A DNA stretch of 63,351 nucleotides, filler included. It is 6 parts of 6 records of this genome, joined end to end, with 100 filler letters (N's around TTAATTAATTAA, not from the genome) between each part and the next. Parts side by side here need not be neighbours in the genome. Positions count along the whole stretch, not along the records: positions 30,985 to 38,948 come from SRR2962707_2490; positions 39,049 to 56,211 come from SRR2962707_2494; 4 more parts are not named here. One strand, 5' to 3'. Both the position numbers and the translations under genes were made by a program. Numbering within the stretch: position 1 is the first letter of the stretch; each line of letters opens with the position of its first letter. Under the pieces are notes generated by a model, which did not search any database, was not told where the DNA came from, and saw only the letters and a list, made by a program, of their open reading frames with translations. Below are positions 32,948 to 44,100 of this stretch, in pieces.

Positions 32948-34417
32948 ATGCGGTTTCTGAGACAAAGCCTGACGGGGTTGTTCCTGGCGTCGCTGACGCT
33001 GGGCCTTTTGATCTATGCGGGTGCGTTGGTGCGCGATGCAGTGCAGGTGCGTATGGCCGCCGAACCCCGGGTGCCGCAGAACCGCGAGCGTGTGTTTGCC
33101 GTCAACACGGTCCGCGCAGAGGCGGGCACAATCGTACCGGTGCTGACCGCCTTTGGCCAGATCCAAAGCCGCCGGACACTGGAGTTGCGCGCCGCGGCGA
33201 GCGGTCGATTGATCGATCTAGATCCTGATTTCGAAGATGGCGGGCGGGTGAGCGAAGGCCAATTGCTGGCACGGGTCGATCCGGCAGAGGCGCAGGCCGA
33301 ACTGGACCGCGCGACAAGCGATGTGCTGGATGCTGAGGCTGAAACGCGCGAGGCGGCCCGGGCTGTTGATCTGGCAAAGGACGATCTTGCCGCTGCCGAA
33401 GAACAAGCGCGGCTTTATGAACGGCAATTCCAGCGTCAGGTTGACCTGAAAAAGATGGGTGCAGGCACCGATACGGCGGTTGATTCTGCCGAACTGTCCG
33501 CCTCGACCGCGCGCGGTGCTGTTTTGACCCGGCGCAAATCTCTGGCCGAGGCAGATGCGCGGGTGGATCAGGCGGTGACAACGCTATCCCGGGCGGAAAT
33601 CGCGCGGACAGAGGCGCAGCGTCTGCTGGTCGACACCGAAATCCGCGCCGGATTCGATGGCACCCTGAGCGAGGTCAGTGTGATCGAGGGGCGGCTTGTT
33701 TCGGCCAACGAACAATTGGCGCAGTTGATCGATACAGATGCTCTCGAGGTGGCGTTTCGTGTGTCGACCCAGCAATATACCCAGCTTCTGGATGGCGATG
33801 GACGGCTGCGCGCCGCGCCTTTGACCGTGACACTGGATGTTTTTGGCACCAACCTTTTGGCGCAGGGCAGGTTGACCCGCGAAAGCCCAGCAGTGGGCGA
33901 GGGGCAGACCGGGCGCCAGGTGTTTGCCCGGCTCGACACTGCGCGCGGATTCAAACCCGGGGATTTTGTCACCGTCACCATTCAAGAAGCCCCGCTTGGG
34001 GATGTGGTGCGCCTGCCGTCCTCTGCCCTGAGTGCGGCCAATGACGTGCTGGTTCTGGGCGAAGGTGATCGGCTTGAGGCGTTAGAGGTGCAGCTACTGC
34101 GCCGTCAGGGGGATGACGTTCTGGTGCGCGCCACGGTTTTGGAAGGACGCGATGTGGTGGCTGAACGCACGCCGCTGTTGGGGGCTGGGATCAAGGTGCG
34201 CGCGTTGACGCCTGCCGATGTCGCGCCAGAACCCACGCCGGAACCCCAAGCCGAGATGCTGGAACTGAGTGACGAACGCCGTGCCCGTCTTGTCGCCTTT
34301 GTCGAAGGGAACGGCAGGATGCCGGCCGAGGCCAAACAACGCATCCTGGCGCAACTGGGCGAGGCGCAGGTGCCCGCGCAGGTTGTTGAGCGGCTCGAAG
34401 CACGGATCGGGGGCTAG
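32948..34417 (+). CDS. RND efflux periplasmic adaptor (MFP) subunit
   Basis: N-terminal TM, lipoyl motifs (GGRVSEGQLLARVD; TEIRAGFDG), long helical hairpin, FKPGDFVTV. Confidence 0.9.
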   Translation: MRFLRQSLTGLFLASLTLGLLIYAGALVRDAVQVRMAAEPRVPQNRERVFAVNTVRAEAGTIVPVLTAFGQIQSRRTLELRAAASGRLIDLDPDFEDGGRVSEGQLLARVDPAEAQAELDRATSDVLDAEAETREAARAVDLAKDDLAAAEEQARLYERQFQRQVDLKKMGAGTDTAVDSAELSASTARGAVLTRRKSLAEADARVDQAVTTLSRAEIARTEAQRLLVDTEIRAGFDGTLSEVSVIEGRLVSANEQLAQLIDTDALEVAFRVSTQQYTQLLDGDGRLRAAPLTVTLDVFGTNLLAQGRLTRESPAVGEGQTGRQVFARLDTARGFKPGDFVTVTIQEAPLGDVVRLPSSALSAANDVLVLGEGDRLEALEVQLLRRQGDDVLVRATVLEGRDVVAERTPLLGAGIKVRALTPADVAPEPTPEPQAEMLELSDERRARLVAFVEGNGRMPAEAKQRILAQLGEAQVPAQVVERLEARIGG

Positions 34418-34420
34418 GGC

Positions 34421-37400
34421 GTGGGGGGCGGCATCCTCAGCTATTTCACCCGGCACCGCACGCTGGCCAACCTGCTGCTGGTGATGATGTTGACGGCGGG
34501 CGCGCTGGCGCTGCCTAACATGCGGGCGCAGTTTTTTCCCGATGTGGTGGTCGATGATATCAACGTCACAGTGAGCTGGGATGGGGCGGGGGCCACGGAT
34601 GTGGATTCTGCCATCGTTCAGGTGTTGGAACCGGCCCTTCTGGCGGTTCCAGGGGTGGATGAGGCCGAATCCCAATCACGCGAAGGGCGTGCAACTATCG
34701 CGCTGGAGTTCGAACCGAACTGGGACATGGCCCGCGCGGCTGCCGATGTACAATCGGCGGTCGATGCCGTGTCTAGCCTGCCGGACGAGGCCGATGCACC
34801 CGAGGTCACGCGAGGGTCGTGGTCTGACCGGGTGACGGATCTGGTGATCACCGGGCCGTTGGCACCCGATCAACTGGCGCGGTTTGCTGATGAACTTGTC
34901 GCGCGTCTGTTCGCCGATGGCGTCACACGCACCACGATCCGGGGTCTTGCCGCGCCGCAGGTCATGATCGAAGTCCCAAGCGCCAACCTGATCGCACATG
35001 ACCTGACCCTGCAGAACATCGCCGATGCCGTTGCCGCCGAGGTCGACGCCGACCCCGCAGGTGACGTGAGTGGCGCAAATGCCCGCGTCCGGACGGGCGT
35101 CGCAAAACGGTCAGCCGAGCAGATCGGTGGCATCGTCCTGCGGTCGAACGCGGATGGATCGACCCTGACCCTGAACGACGTGGCGCGGATCCGGGTCGAG
35201 GGGATCGACCGTGAGCGGACCTATTTCGTGGGGGACAATCCGGCGATTTCGATCCGGGTGGACCGTACCGCGCAGGGCGATGCCATCGGCATTCAGCATC
35301 AGGTGGAAGACATCGCTGCCGAAATGCAGCAATCCATGCCTGCCGGTGTGACCATCGACCTGATACGCACCCGCGCCGAAGAGATTACCGGGCGGCTTGA
35401 TATTCTTCTTGAGAATGGGCTGAGCGGGCTGATCCTTGTTGTTGTGCTGCTATTTCTGTTCCTGAACGCGCGGATCGCATTCTGGGTGGCGGCGGGGATA
35501 CCGACGGCGATGCTGGCGGCGATTGCGCTGATGTATGTCTTTGGCATCACTTTCAACATGATTTCCCTGTTCGCGCTGATCATCACGCTGGGCATCGTTG
35601 TCGATGACGCCATCGTCGTGGGCGAACATGCCGATCACCTGTCGCGCCGTGGCATGCCGGCGGTCGCGGCGGCGGAAACTGCGGCGCGTCGCATGGCGCT
35701 GCCTGTGTTTTCCGCCACGCTGACAACGGTCATCGCCTTTTTCGGGCTTGTGGTCGTGGGCGGGCGGTTCGGGGATCTGATCAAGGATATCCCCTTTACC
35801 GTGATCACCGTGCTGCTGGCGTCGCTGGTGGAATGTTTTCTGATCCTGCCCAACCATCTATCCCACGCGATTGCTCATTCGGCAAAGGAACATTGGTACG
35901 ATCTGCCGTCACGGCTGGTGAACCGTGGGTTCCTTTGGGTGCGGGACAAACCGTTCCGGTGGCTGATGGCAGGGGTGGTGACATTCCGTTATGCGGTGCT
36001 GGCCGGGGCGGTGGTGTTGCTGGCGTCGCAGGCGGCGCTGCTGATCCGGGGGGACGTGCAGTGGCGGTTCTTCAACGCGCCGGAACGGGCATCGATCACC
36101 GGGAATTTCGCCATGGCACCGGGGGCCACGCGGGCGGACAGCATCGCGATGATGCAGGAGATGCAGCGCGCGACCGAAGCGCTTGGGCGTGAGTACGAAG
36201 AAACCTACGGCACCAATCCCATCGACTATGTTATCGCAGAAATCGGCGGCAATGCCGGGCGCGGCCTGGCGGGGACCGAGAGTAAGGATGCCGATCAGCT
36301 TGGGTCGATCTCTATCGAATTGATCCCCGCCGACCTGCGCCCCTATTCCAGTTTTGCATTTGTCGGTGCCTTGCAGGACGCGGTGGTGCCGCATCCGATG
36401 TCCGAAACGATCAGTTTTCGCGGCACGCGGTCGGGTCCGGGTGGCGATGCGCTGGATGTGCAGTTCTACGGGGCCAGTGCCGAGGTCCTGAAATCGGCAT
36501 CCGAGGCGCTGAAAACCGCGCTGGCGCGTTTCCCCGAGGTGTCTGCGGTCGAAGATAACCTTGCCTATGACAAAGAAGAGCTGATCCTTGACCTGACGCC
36601 GCATGGCAAGGCACTGGGGTTCGACATAGATTCCTTAGGCGCGACACTGCGCAACCGTCTGAACGGAATCGAGGCTGCGACCTATCCCGATGGGCCACGC
36701 TCTGCCGCGATCAGGGTCGAACTGCCACAGGGCGAACTGACGGCGGATTTTCTGGAACGCATGATGCTGCGCACGCCCGACGGGGCCTATGTGCTGCTGG
36801 CTGATATCGTCGAAGTGTCCCGCACGACCGGATTTTCCACCGTGCGGCGGGAAAACGGCGTACGGCTGATTTCTGTGACCGGCGATATATCCGAGGATGA
36901 TCCAGCCCGCGCCACAGAAATAATGCAAGCGCTGGAGCAGGAGATATTGCCGCAGATCGCCGCGCAGAAACAGGTGGAGTACCGCCTGTCAGGTCTGTCC
37001 GAACAAGAGGAGGCCTTTCTTGGCGATGCGCTGACCGGGCTGATCCTTGTGTTGCTGGGGATCTATCTGGTGCTGGCCTGGGTCTTTGCCAGCTGGACCA
37101 GGCCGCTTGTGGTGATGGCGATCATTCCCTTTGGCCTGGTCGGGACCATCTATGGTCATGCGTTGTGGGATGTCCCGCTAAGCATGTTCACGGTGGTTGG
37201 TCTGTTGGGCATGACCGGTATTATCATCAACGATTCCATCGTTCTGGTGACCACAATCGACGAATACGGCGCGACGCGGGGCGTGGTGCCCGCCATCATT
37301 GATGGTGCAGCAGACCGGCTGCGGCCTGTGATGCTGACCACACTGACCACGGTTCTGGGCCTTGCGCCACTGCTGTACGAGGGTTCGGCAGATGCGCAAT

Positions 37401-37792
37401 TCCTGAAACCGACGGTGATTACGCTGGTCTACGGTCTTGCGTTCGGGATGATACTGGTGCTGCTGGTGGTGCCCGCGCTGATTGCGGTCCAGCAGGACAT
37501 GGCGCGCCAGATCGCCGCCCTGCGGCGCGGCCTGCGTTTTCGCGACGGCAGTGTGCGGGGGCTTATGGTTGGCGCGTCGGTGGTGTTGACGGGCTGGATG
37601 GCGGTGACACTGGGCTGGGCTGCTGTGACAGGTGATCTGCCGGTGACGCTGCGCTTTGCGCTGGTCGATTCCATGGCTGCGCTGCCGGGGGCCTTTGCGC
37701 TGTTCATTGTGGGGGCGGGGATTGTGACGCTTGGGGTCTATATCGGCGCGGCGCTGGCGTATGCTCTGCGGCGCAGAACTGCCCAGGGGTGA
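34421..37792 (+). CDS. RND efflux permease (AcrB/AcrD/AcrF family)
   Basis: LGIVVDDAIVVGE (TM4), GIIINDSIVLV, RLRPVMLTTLTTVLGLAPL; 1123 aa. Confidence 0.95.
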   Translation: MGGGILSYFTRHRTLANLLLVMMLTAGALALPNMRAQFFPDVVVDDINVTVSWDGAGATDVDSAIVQVLEPALLAVPGVDEAESQSREGRATIALEFEPNWDMARAAADVQSAVDAVSSLPDEADAPEVTRGSWSDRVTDLVITGPLAPDQLARFADELVARLFADGVTRTTIRGLAAPQVMIEVPSANLIAHDLTLQNIADAVAAEVDADPAGDVSGANARVRTGVAKRSAEQIGGIVLRSNADGSTLTLNDVARIRVEGIDRERTYFVGDNPAISIRVDRTAQGDAIGIQHQVEDIAAEMQQSMPAGVTIDLIRTRAEEITGRLDILLENGLSGLILVVVLLFLFLNARIAFWVAAGIPTAMLAAIALMYVFGITFNMISLFALIITLGIVVDDAIVVGEHADHLSRRGMPAVAAAETAARRMALPVFSATLTTVIAFFGLVVVGGRFGDLIKDIPFTVITVLLASLVECFLILPNHLSHAIAHSAKEHWYDLPSRLVNRGFLWVRDKPFRWLMAGVVTFRYAVLAGAVVLLASQAALLIRGDVQWRFFNAPERASITGNFAMAPGATRADSIAMMQEMQRATEALGREYEETYGTNPIDYVIAEIGGNAGRGLAGTESKDADQLGSISIELIPADLRPYSSFAFVGALQDAVVPHPMSETISFRGTRSGPGGDALDVQFYGASAEVLKSASEALKTALARFPEVSAVEDNLAYDKEELILDLTPHGKALGFDIDSLGATLRNRLNGIEAATYPDGPRSAAIRVELPQGELTADFLERMMLRTPDGAYVLLADIVEVSRTTGFSTVRRENGVRLISVTGDISEDDPARATEIMQALEQEILPQIAAQKQVEYRLSGLSEQEEAFLGDALTGLILVLLGIYLVLAWVFASWTRPLVVMAIIPFGLVGTIYGHALWDVPLSMFTVVGLLGMTGIIINDSIVLVTTIDEYGATRGVVPAIIDGAADRLRPVMLTTLTTVLGLAPLLYEGSADAQFLKPTVITLVYGLAFGMILVLLVVPALIAVQQDMARQIAALRRGLRFRDGSVRGLMVGASVVLTGWMAVTLGWAAVTGDLPVTLRFALVDSMAALPGAFALFIVGAGIVTLGVYIGAALAYALRRRTAQG

Positions 37793-37880
37793 CGCACTAA
37801 GCCGCACATGCCTGGACGGCACAGGGGACATTCGGTCGCGGTCAAAGGGCCGTGTCGTGGGGGCCGTCACATCGCAATGG

Positions 37881-38684
37881 TCAGCTGTCGCAGCCGACGA
37901 TGTCCACTCCGTGTCCCTTGCTCAGAACCGTAATCCGAAGACCGGAGCGATCCAGCGCAAAGGCTTTGCCTTCGACATGGGCAAGGTGGGTTTCGCTGAC
38001 CAGGTTGCCGTTTGCTGCGCGGTGTGTCTTTGGCTCCGCGACCCAAACCAGAGGGTTCGACGTTTCGATGACCGTTTCTTCCTCTGATTTGCTGCGGGGC
38101 ATGTCGATTTCGGTGCGCAGGATCATGCCACGGTCATCTGCGTCCACCTTGCAGTGGACGGATTTCACCGATGCCTCGGTGCGCGAAAACGGCAGCTCTG
38201 CCAGCGCGCCAGCGATCTTTGGATCGCGTCCGTCAGCCGTGGCTGGCAGGACAACGTCCACTTCGACCATTTGCGGTACGCAGATGTCACTGCAGACACC
38301 CAGTTCGACGACACCGTGCAGGCGCATGTCCGCCCCCGTGGTCCGGCCCGTTACGCGCAGGGGCAGTACGACCTCGTTGGCATAACCCACCGACCGCATG
38401 CCGCTTTGATAAAATACTTTTGGCGTTGGCCAACTGACCCCGACAGCCGAGACATTGTCTGATCCCTGCCAGCTGAACTCTGGCGGGATGCCCGCATCGC
38501 CGGGGCTGCGCCAGTATGTCTTCCAGCCCGGGGCGAGGGTCAGATGCAGGGCGGCCACATGGCTGCCGTCCGACTGCCGCCAGCCGGGGCGCAGTTCGGC
38601 CGTGACGATGTTGTCCATATCCTGGGAAAACGCCGGGATCGGCAGGACGAGCGCGCAAAGCAAGGCGGAGAAGATATGTTTCAT
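37881..38684 (-). CDS. secreted DsbD N-terminal-domain (protein-disulfide reductase-like) protein
   Basis: Signal peptide; LAPGWKTYWRSPGDAGIPP, WPTP, GVCSDICVP. Confidence 0.88.
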   Translation of the reverse strand: MKHIFSALLCALVLPIPAFSQDMDNIVTAELRPGWRQSDGSHVAALHLTLAPGWKTYWRSPGDAGIPPEFSWQGSDNVSAVGVSWPTPKVFYQSGMRSVGYANEVVLPLRVTGRTTGADMRLHGVVELGVCSDICVPQMVEVDVVLPATADGRDPKIAGALAELPFSRTEASVKSVHCKVDADDRGMILRTEIDMPRSKSEEETVIETSNPLVWVAEPKTHRAANGNLVSETHLAHVEGKAFALDRSGLRITVLSKGHGVDIVGCDS

Positions 38685-38948
38685 CACACCGACATGGCAA
38701 CAATGCACTGAAATGAAAAGTCACGTTCCGGCGAGATACCGAGTGTCAGATGTGAGGCAAAACCGACCTTTCTGTTACACCGCAGATTTAGATCGCATGT
38801 GGAGAACGAAAAAAGGTCGTTCCTGCCTGGTGCAGCGAAGGTGCTTGTGTGGATGGCTCCTGCATAGCAATACGTTTTTGATCAGATTTATGCATTTGTC
38901 AGAAGCAGTCATGTGTTCCCACTGCCCGGCAGTGGTTTGCTTGCAAAC

Positions 38949-39048
38949 NNNNNNNNNNNNNNNNNNNNNNNNNNNNNNNNNNNNNNNNNNNNTTAATTAA
39001 TTAANNNNNNNNNNNNNNNNNNNNNNNNNNNNNNNNNNNNNNNNNNNN
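38949..39048. other. artificial contig spacer
   Basis: N44-TTAATTAATTAA-N44. Confidence 0.99.
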
Positions 39049-39207
39049 AACCTGTTCCACACCAAGATGATGCTCAAGGAGTTCAATCTGGACAACTATG
39101 TGTTCGGAGTGAACGCCGGCGATCTGGACCCGGCAGAAGCCCAGTCCATCGAGGATCGCCTGCGCCGGGAAATGCTGGAAATCTTCTACTCCCGCAACGT
39201 GGAATAA
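39049..39207 (+). CDS. speD: S-adenosylmethionine decarboxylase proenzyme, C-terminal fragment
   Basis: Hand translation [20 protein letters not shown]...[18 protein letters not shown] matches the gammaproteobacterial SpeD C-terminus (FHTKMLLKEFDL...EMREIYYGRN). Not in the ORF track. Confidence 0.85.
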   Translation, partial: NLFHTKMMLKEFNLDNYVFGVNAGDLDPAEAQSIEDRLRREMLEIFYSRNVE

Positions 39208-39216
39208 TCGCTCCGG

Positions 39217-39248
39217 AGGTGACGACGGGGTTCCCGTCGTCACCTTTT
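39217..39248 (+). terminator. intrinsic terminator after speD
   Basis: AGGTGACGACGGG-GTT-CCCGTCGTCACCT followed by a T run; perfect 13-bp stem. Confidence 0.88.
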
Positions 39249-39356
39249 GATGCCTTCGTCAGTTTTTTTGACTTCCCCCGCCAGAATTCTGCGTTTTCAT
39301 CCCTTCCACCATCCCGGTTAAATAGCCCCATGACTAACCGAGAGGAGGACGGGATC

Positions 39357-40211
39357 ATGCTTCGCTCCCTGAAACAAACCATTCCCGCACTGGCCACATC
39401 CGATGGCGCCGGGGTTCGCATCAAACGCTCATTGGGTCAGCGCCAATCCGTGCGCATGGATCCATTCCTGATGCTGGATGAATTCGGTTCTGACCAGCCC
39501 CAGGACTATATTGCCGGCTTTCCGGCCCATCCGCACCGGGGCTTTGAAACCATCACCTATATGATTGAAGGCCACATGCTGCATGAGGACCACCTGGGGA
39601 ATCGCGGCAACCTCCGCAACGGTGGGGTGCAATGGATGACCGCAGGCCGGGGCATCGTGCACTCGGAGATGCCGCAACAGGAATCCGGGGTCATGCGGGG
39701 ATTCCAACTCTGGCTCAACCTGCCGGCCGCTGAAAAAATGAAGCCCGCCGGCTACCGGGACATTCAGCCTGAAGAGATCCCGATAGCACGTCAGCCGGGT
39801 GTTTCCGTCCGGGTAATTGCCGGTGAACTGGAAATCGGTGGCGGTGCCGTCACCGGCGCAGTCACCGGCGGCAGCACAGAGCCCGTGTATGCCGACGTCC
39901 ATCTGGAGCCCGGAGCGAGAGTATCTTTACCGGTACCTCAGGCGCTCAATGCTCTGGTCTACCTGTACGAAGGCGTCGCAAGTCTGGTGAGCGAAGACCG
40001 GAACCAGACTCTGACACCATCCTCGGCAAACATTCTGGACCATGGGGATGAAGTTCTGATTGAAGGCGGAAAGGCCGGCGCAAAACTGCTTCTGATTGCC
40101 GGCCGACCCATCGGCGAGCCAGTTGTCCAGTATGGTCCTTTTGTAATGAACACAACTTCCGAGATTGAGCAGGCGCTGGCCGACTACCGCGATGGCACCC
40201 TGACAGCCTGA
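39357..40211 (+). CDS. pirin family protein
   Basis: DPFLMLDEF, HPHRGFETITY, GGVQWMTAGRGIVHSE, GPFVMNT; GAGGAGG RBS. Confidence 0.95.
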   Translation: MLRSLKQTIPALATSDGAGVRIKRSLGQRQSVRMDPFLMLDEFGSDQPQDYIAGFPAHPHRGFETITYMIEGHMLHEDHLGNRGNLRNGGVQWMTAGRGIVHSEMPQQESGVMRGFQLWLNLPAAEKMKPAGYRDIQPEEIPIARQPGVSVRVIAGELEIGGGAVTGAVTGGSTEPVYADVHLEPGARVSLPVPQALNALVYLYEGVASLVSEDRNQTLTPSSANILDHGDEVLIEGGKAGAKLLLIAGRPIGEPVVQYGPFVMNTTSEIEQALADYRDGTLTA

Positions 40212-41078
40212 TCAGGCAAAAGTTCTACCAGCCATCAGGCTCTGGACCATGGGCCGGATAATCAGATCCATGGCCAGGGCCATTTTCGGCCCAGGGATCA
40301 CCAGAGTGTCGTGGCGGGACAGACTGCTTTGGGGGATGGCCTGCAGTAACCAGGGAAAATCCACTTCCGCCGTTTCCCTGAAATGAATGACCACCATGCT
40401 TTCGTCCTCACTGGGCACATCCCGGGCAACGAACGGGTTGGACGTGTCCACCAGCGGAATTCGCTGGAAGTTGATGTGGGTATGAGAGAACTGCGGCACG
40501 ATGTCGTGCACGTAATCGTCCATCCGATTGATGATCGTCTGAACCACGGCATCCTGGCTGTAGCCGCGCTGATGAGTATCCCGATGGATTTTCTGGATCC
40601 ACTCCAGATTGACAATGGGTACCACACCAATCAGCAAGTCAACGTACTGGGCAATGTTGTAGTTGTCGCTCACCACCCCGCCATGGAGCCCCTCGTAGAA
40701 CAGGGCATCGGTATCCGCAGGTAACGGGCCCCAGGGGGTGAAGGTGCCAGGTTTGTGGCCTTCGGCCACCAGGTCGCGGTCTTCGTCATGAACGTACTGC
40801 CGGTAACGGCCATTGCCGGTATGGCTGTAGTCATAGAACAGAGCTTCCAGCCTATCAATATGATTGGCTGCCAGGGCGAAATGGTTGCGTTCACCAAACT
40901 GCCCTTTAGCGGCGAGTCGTGCCATTTGCTCCCGGGTATACCGATGAAAGCTGTCGCCACTGACCATAGCGGCAGCAATACCCTCACTGGCAAACATGCG
41001 GTTGAAGATCTGCCCGGTTGTGGTGGTGCCCGCCCCGGAAGACCCGGTAACGGCGATAATCGGATGGCGTCTGGACAT
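40212..41078 (-). CDS. prkB: phosphoribulokinase (proteobacterial PrkB type)
   Basis: IAVTGSSGAGTT, GDSFHRYTR, PGTFTPW, FYEGLHG, NLEWIQKIHRD, NFQRIPLVDTSNPF. Confidence 0.92.
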   Translation of the reverse strand: MSRRHPIIAVTGSSGAGTTTTGQIFNRMFASEGIAAAMVSGDSFHRYTREQMARLAAKGQFGERNHFALAANHIDRLEALFYDYSHTGNGRYRQYVHDEDRDLVAEGHKPGTFTPWGPLPADTDALFYEGLHGGVVSDNYNIAQYVDLLIGVVPIVNLEWIQKIHRDTHQRGYSQDAVVQTIINRMDDYVHDIVPQFSHTHINFQRIPLVDTSNPFVARDVPSEDESMVVIHFRETAEVDFPWLLQAIPQSSLSRHDTLVIPGPKMALAMDLIIRPMVQSLMAGRTFA

Positions 41079-41104
41079 AAAAAGCTCAGGTTCCCGGATG
41101 TGCG

Positions 41105-44100
41105 TCAGACAAGGCTGGTCAGCAGTCGGGGCTTCTCGACCACAAACCCTTGAGCGTAATCCACGCCCAGTTGTCTCAGCATATCCAGAACCTCACGGGA
41201 TTCAACCTGAGAGGCAATCACTTCCCGTTCCATGTAGTGAGCCATATCAACCATGGACCTGACCATCGCCTGGTCCGTCTGGTTGGCTGCCAACTGACCG
41301 GTAAAGGCACTGTCGATCTTGATCAGATCTACCGGCAACGATCGCATGAACTGGAAGGAACTGGGGCCGCTGCCAAAGTTACCCAGGCAGAACCGGCAGC
41401 CGAGCTCTTTCATTTCCAGCATGAAATCCGCCACCGATTGCAGATCATGAATGGCAGAGGCTTCCGTCAGCTCGAACCAGAGACGCTCAATAGGCGCATC
41501 CTTCTCACTGAGCTTTTCGTAAATGAATTCCAGCAGTGACTGGTCGTTCAACGAATAGCCGGACAGATTTATGCAGACACCGCCTACATGGCGCGGATCC
41601 GGCGACTGATCCCTCAGCCAATCCAGCATGTGCCCCACGACCCAGCGATCCACCGCCTGCATACGGTCATAGCGCTCGGCCATGCGGACGAAATCCTGGC
41701 CGGTAATCAGCTGCCCGCTGTCGTCGTACATACTGATCAGAATTTCATACTGCGCCCCCATGCGGGTGCTGCCGTGCAGAGGGATGATCTTCTGGCAACG
41801 CAGCAGCATGCGTTCTTCATCCGGGTTGCTCAGGCCAGCCACACGGGCTGCAATCTGCTCTTGCCGGGCCTGGTCGTCTGCGTCGAGAGTGTATATAGAG
41901 AAACGGCCAGGGCCCTTGTCACGGGCAGAATTGAGCGCCTGTTCGGCGGCTTTCAGCCATTTTTCGGCGCTGATCAACGCGGGCAGTTCCGGCGCCAGAC
42001 CAACATTGGCATTTAACGTGTAACACCGTCCGCCATACTCGAAGGGCTCATCTGCAATGGCTTCCAGGAGCGCCTTGGCAATTTCCGGCCCCTGTTCTTC
42101 AGGCACCAGCATGGCAAATTCATTGCCTCCGGGACGAGCCACCGGCATGCCATCGCCCACATGCCGACAGATGACCTCCGCCACCCGTTTCAGGGTTTCA
42201 TCTCCGGCCTGGTAGCCCGCCGTATCATTCAGCAATCGGAACCCGCGCAGATCCAGTTGCAATAAAGTCCGGCTATCTTCCCGGCGGGCAAGTTGCTGTT
42301 CCAGCATACGCTCGAATTCCCGACGGTTAAGCAGCCGGGTCAGTTCATCATGGGTGGATGCCCAGGACAGCTGGTCATAGACGTTGCGAACCATGCGGTC
42401 GATGCTCTCATCTACCAGCGGTCGATCATACTGATTATCCGGTACGATGATGCCTTTGCGCATTTGTCTGGCCAGAGCTTCCAGCTCCAGCTCAACCACC
42501 CGCATACCCTGGTGATTAACGAATACAAACCGGCTGAAACCACGGGCAATCCACACCAGGCGGATATACTGGGGATCTTCCGCCTTGGTTTGATCCCGCA
42601 GCCAGTCACCGGTGCGCAATTGCTGGGCCCGGTTGATCCAGCGTTGCAGGCTGCGCTGTTCCCGCTCACTGAGCACCTGCTTGTCCGGGCGGACACCACT
42701 GACCGCAGGCATTTCAACCATTTCCGGCGCCTTGTCGGGCCGACGCACCAGGAACTGCTTCAACTCATCCCGGATCTGGGAGGACGGCATATGGTTGCTG
42801 GAGATCGACGCCAGACCATCCTGAATCAGCCGCAACAGTTCGGGCAGGTTAATGCTGCTGTCCGGGTCCTCGGCAAAGGCCATCAGCGAATCGATCACTG
42901 CCAGGTAGTCCTGCCATAACTGACTGTCTGGTCCCTGGCGAATCCAGGTCAGCGACAATAAATCCCGCCAGCCACCGTCGAGCAGGCTGACCAGGGCCCT
43001 GGGAACCTTGCGGCCAGCCAGTTTGCTTTCCAGCGCGCTGGCTACGGCAGTTTTGGATTCGGCAACCTTCTGGGCACCCTCTGCGGCAGCCGTCACCCGC
43101 TCAACGTTGCGGCGATACACGAGGTTCTGCCGGTCAATCAGCGTGTCCAGCTCACCTACGGTTTGCTCAAACACACCGGTATCCTGTTCAAACTCGGTAG
43201 CAATGCGGTGAATCAGCTCATCCACCCGGCGCTGCACCACCGGGTTCAGCCGGCCACCCTTCACGCCCAGTTGTGCCAGGCGATTCATCACACCACGAAC
43301 CGGGCTGTCCTGGTCCTCAAAGAATTCGGGATCACGCATCACAACTTTCAGCACCGGCACTTCCAGCTGACGCATTCGGCTCTGGGCGTAGTCACTGAGT
43401 TTGGGGCTATCGACCACGCTCCGGAAAAACCGATCGACAACGTCCAGAGTGTCCTGCTGCTCAGTATTGAGCCGGGTGTCACCGGTTTCACGTATCTTTT
43501 CAACCACCCGGTCCCGCAAGGGCACGGCCGGCTCTTCCGGAGCCGCAGCGCGTAGCTGCAGCTCCTGCAATTCCCGGTGCAGTTCACCCTGAGACAGCGG
43601 ACGAGCATTGGCCGGAAACGGCTCTGGCGTCGCCTCTCCATTCTCCACACGACTGGCCTGCAGTGTTGTCAGCAGATTCCTCACCGTAGCAAAAGCAGTC
43701 TGGGCTGCCCTGGCATACCCCCGGAACTCTCCAGCTACCCGGTTTTTCAGCCCGCGGGCCGTTTGTCCGGGTTTGCTTTCCGGCGCCTCAGGCTGCGGCT
43801 TTTCCAGAGGTGTTTCAGGCTCCGGCTTCAGCACCTCGGCCGGCGGCTCCTTCCTGGCAGGCGCCTGTTCGCTCAGATAACGGGACAGGTCCAGATCCGG
43901 CAACACACCATGCCGGATCAGGATATTGTTCAACTCCCGATACAACGGCTCCAGCTGTTTGATCACCGTCTGCTCAAACGTCTTCAGGCAGACCTTTTCA
44001 ACGTCCCGGCTGACTTTCAGCTGGGCAAGCGCGTTATGGAAGGCTTCGCACACGAGGGCGGGACCGAGGGGATTATGATGGCCGGTGCGATTGGCGATAC

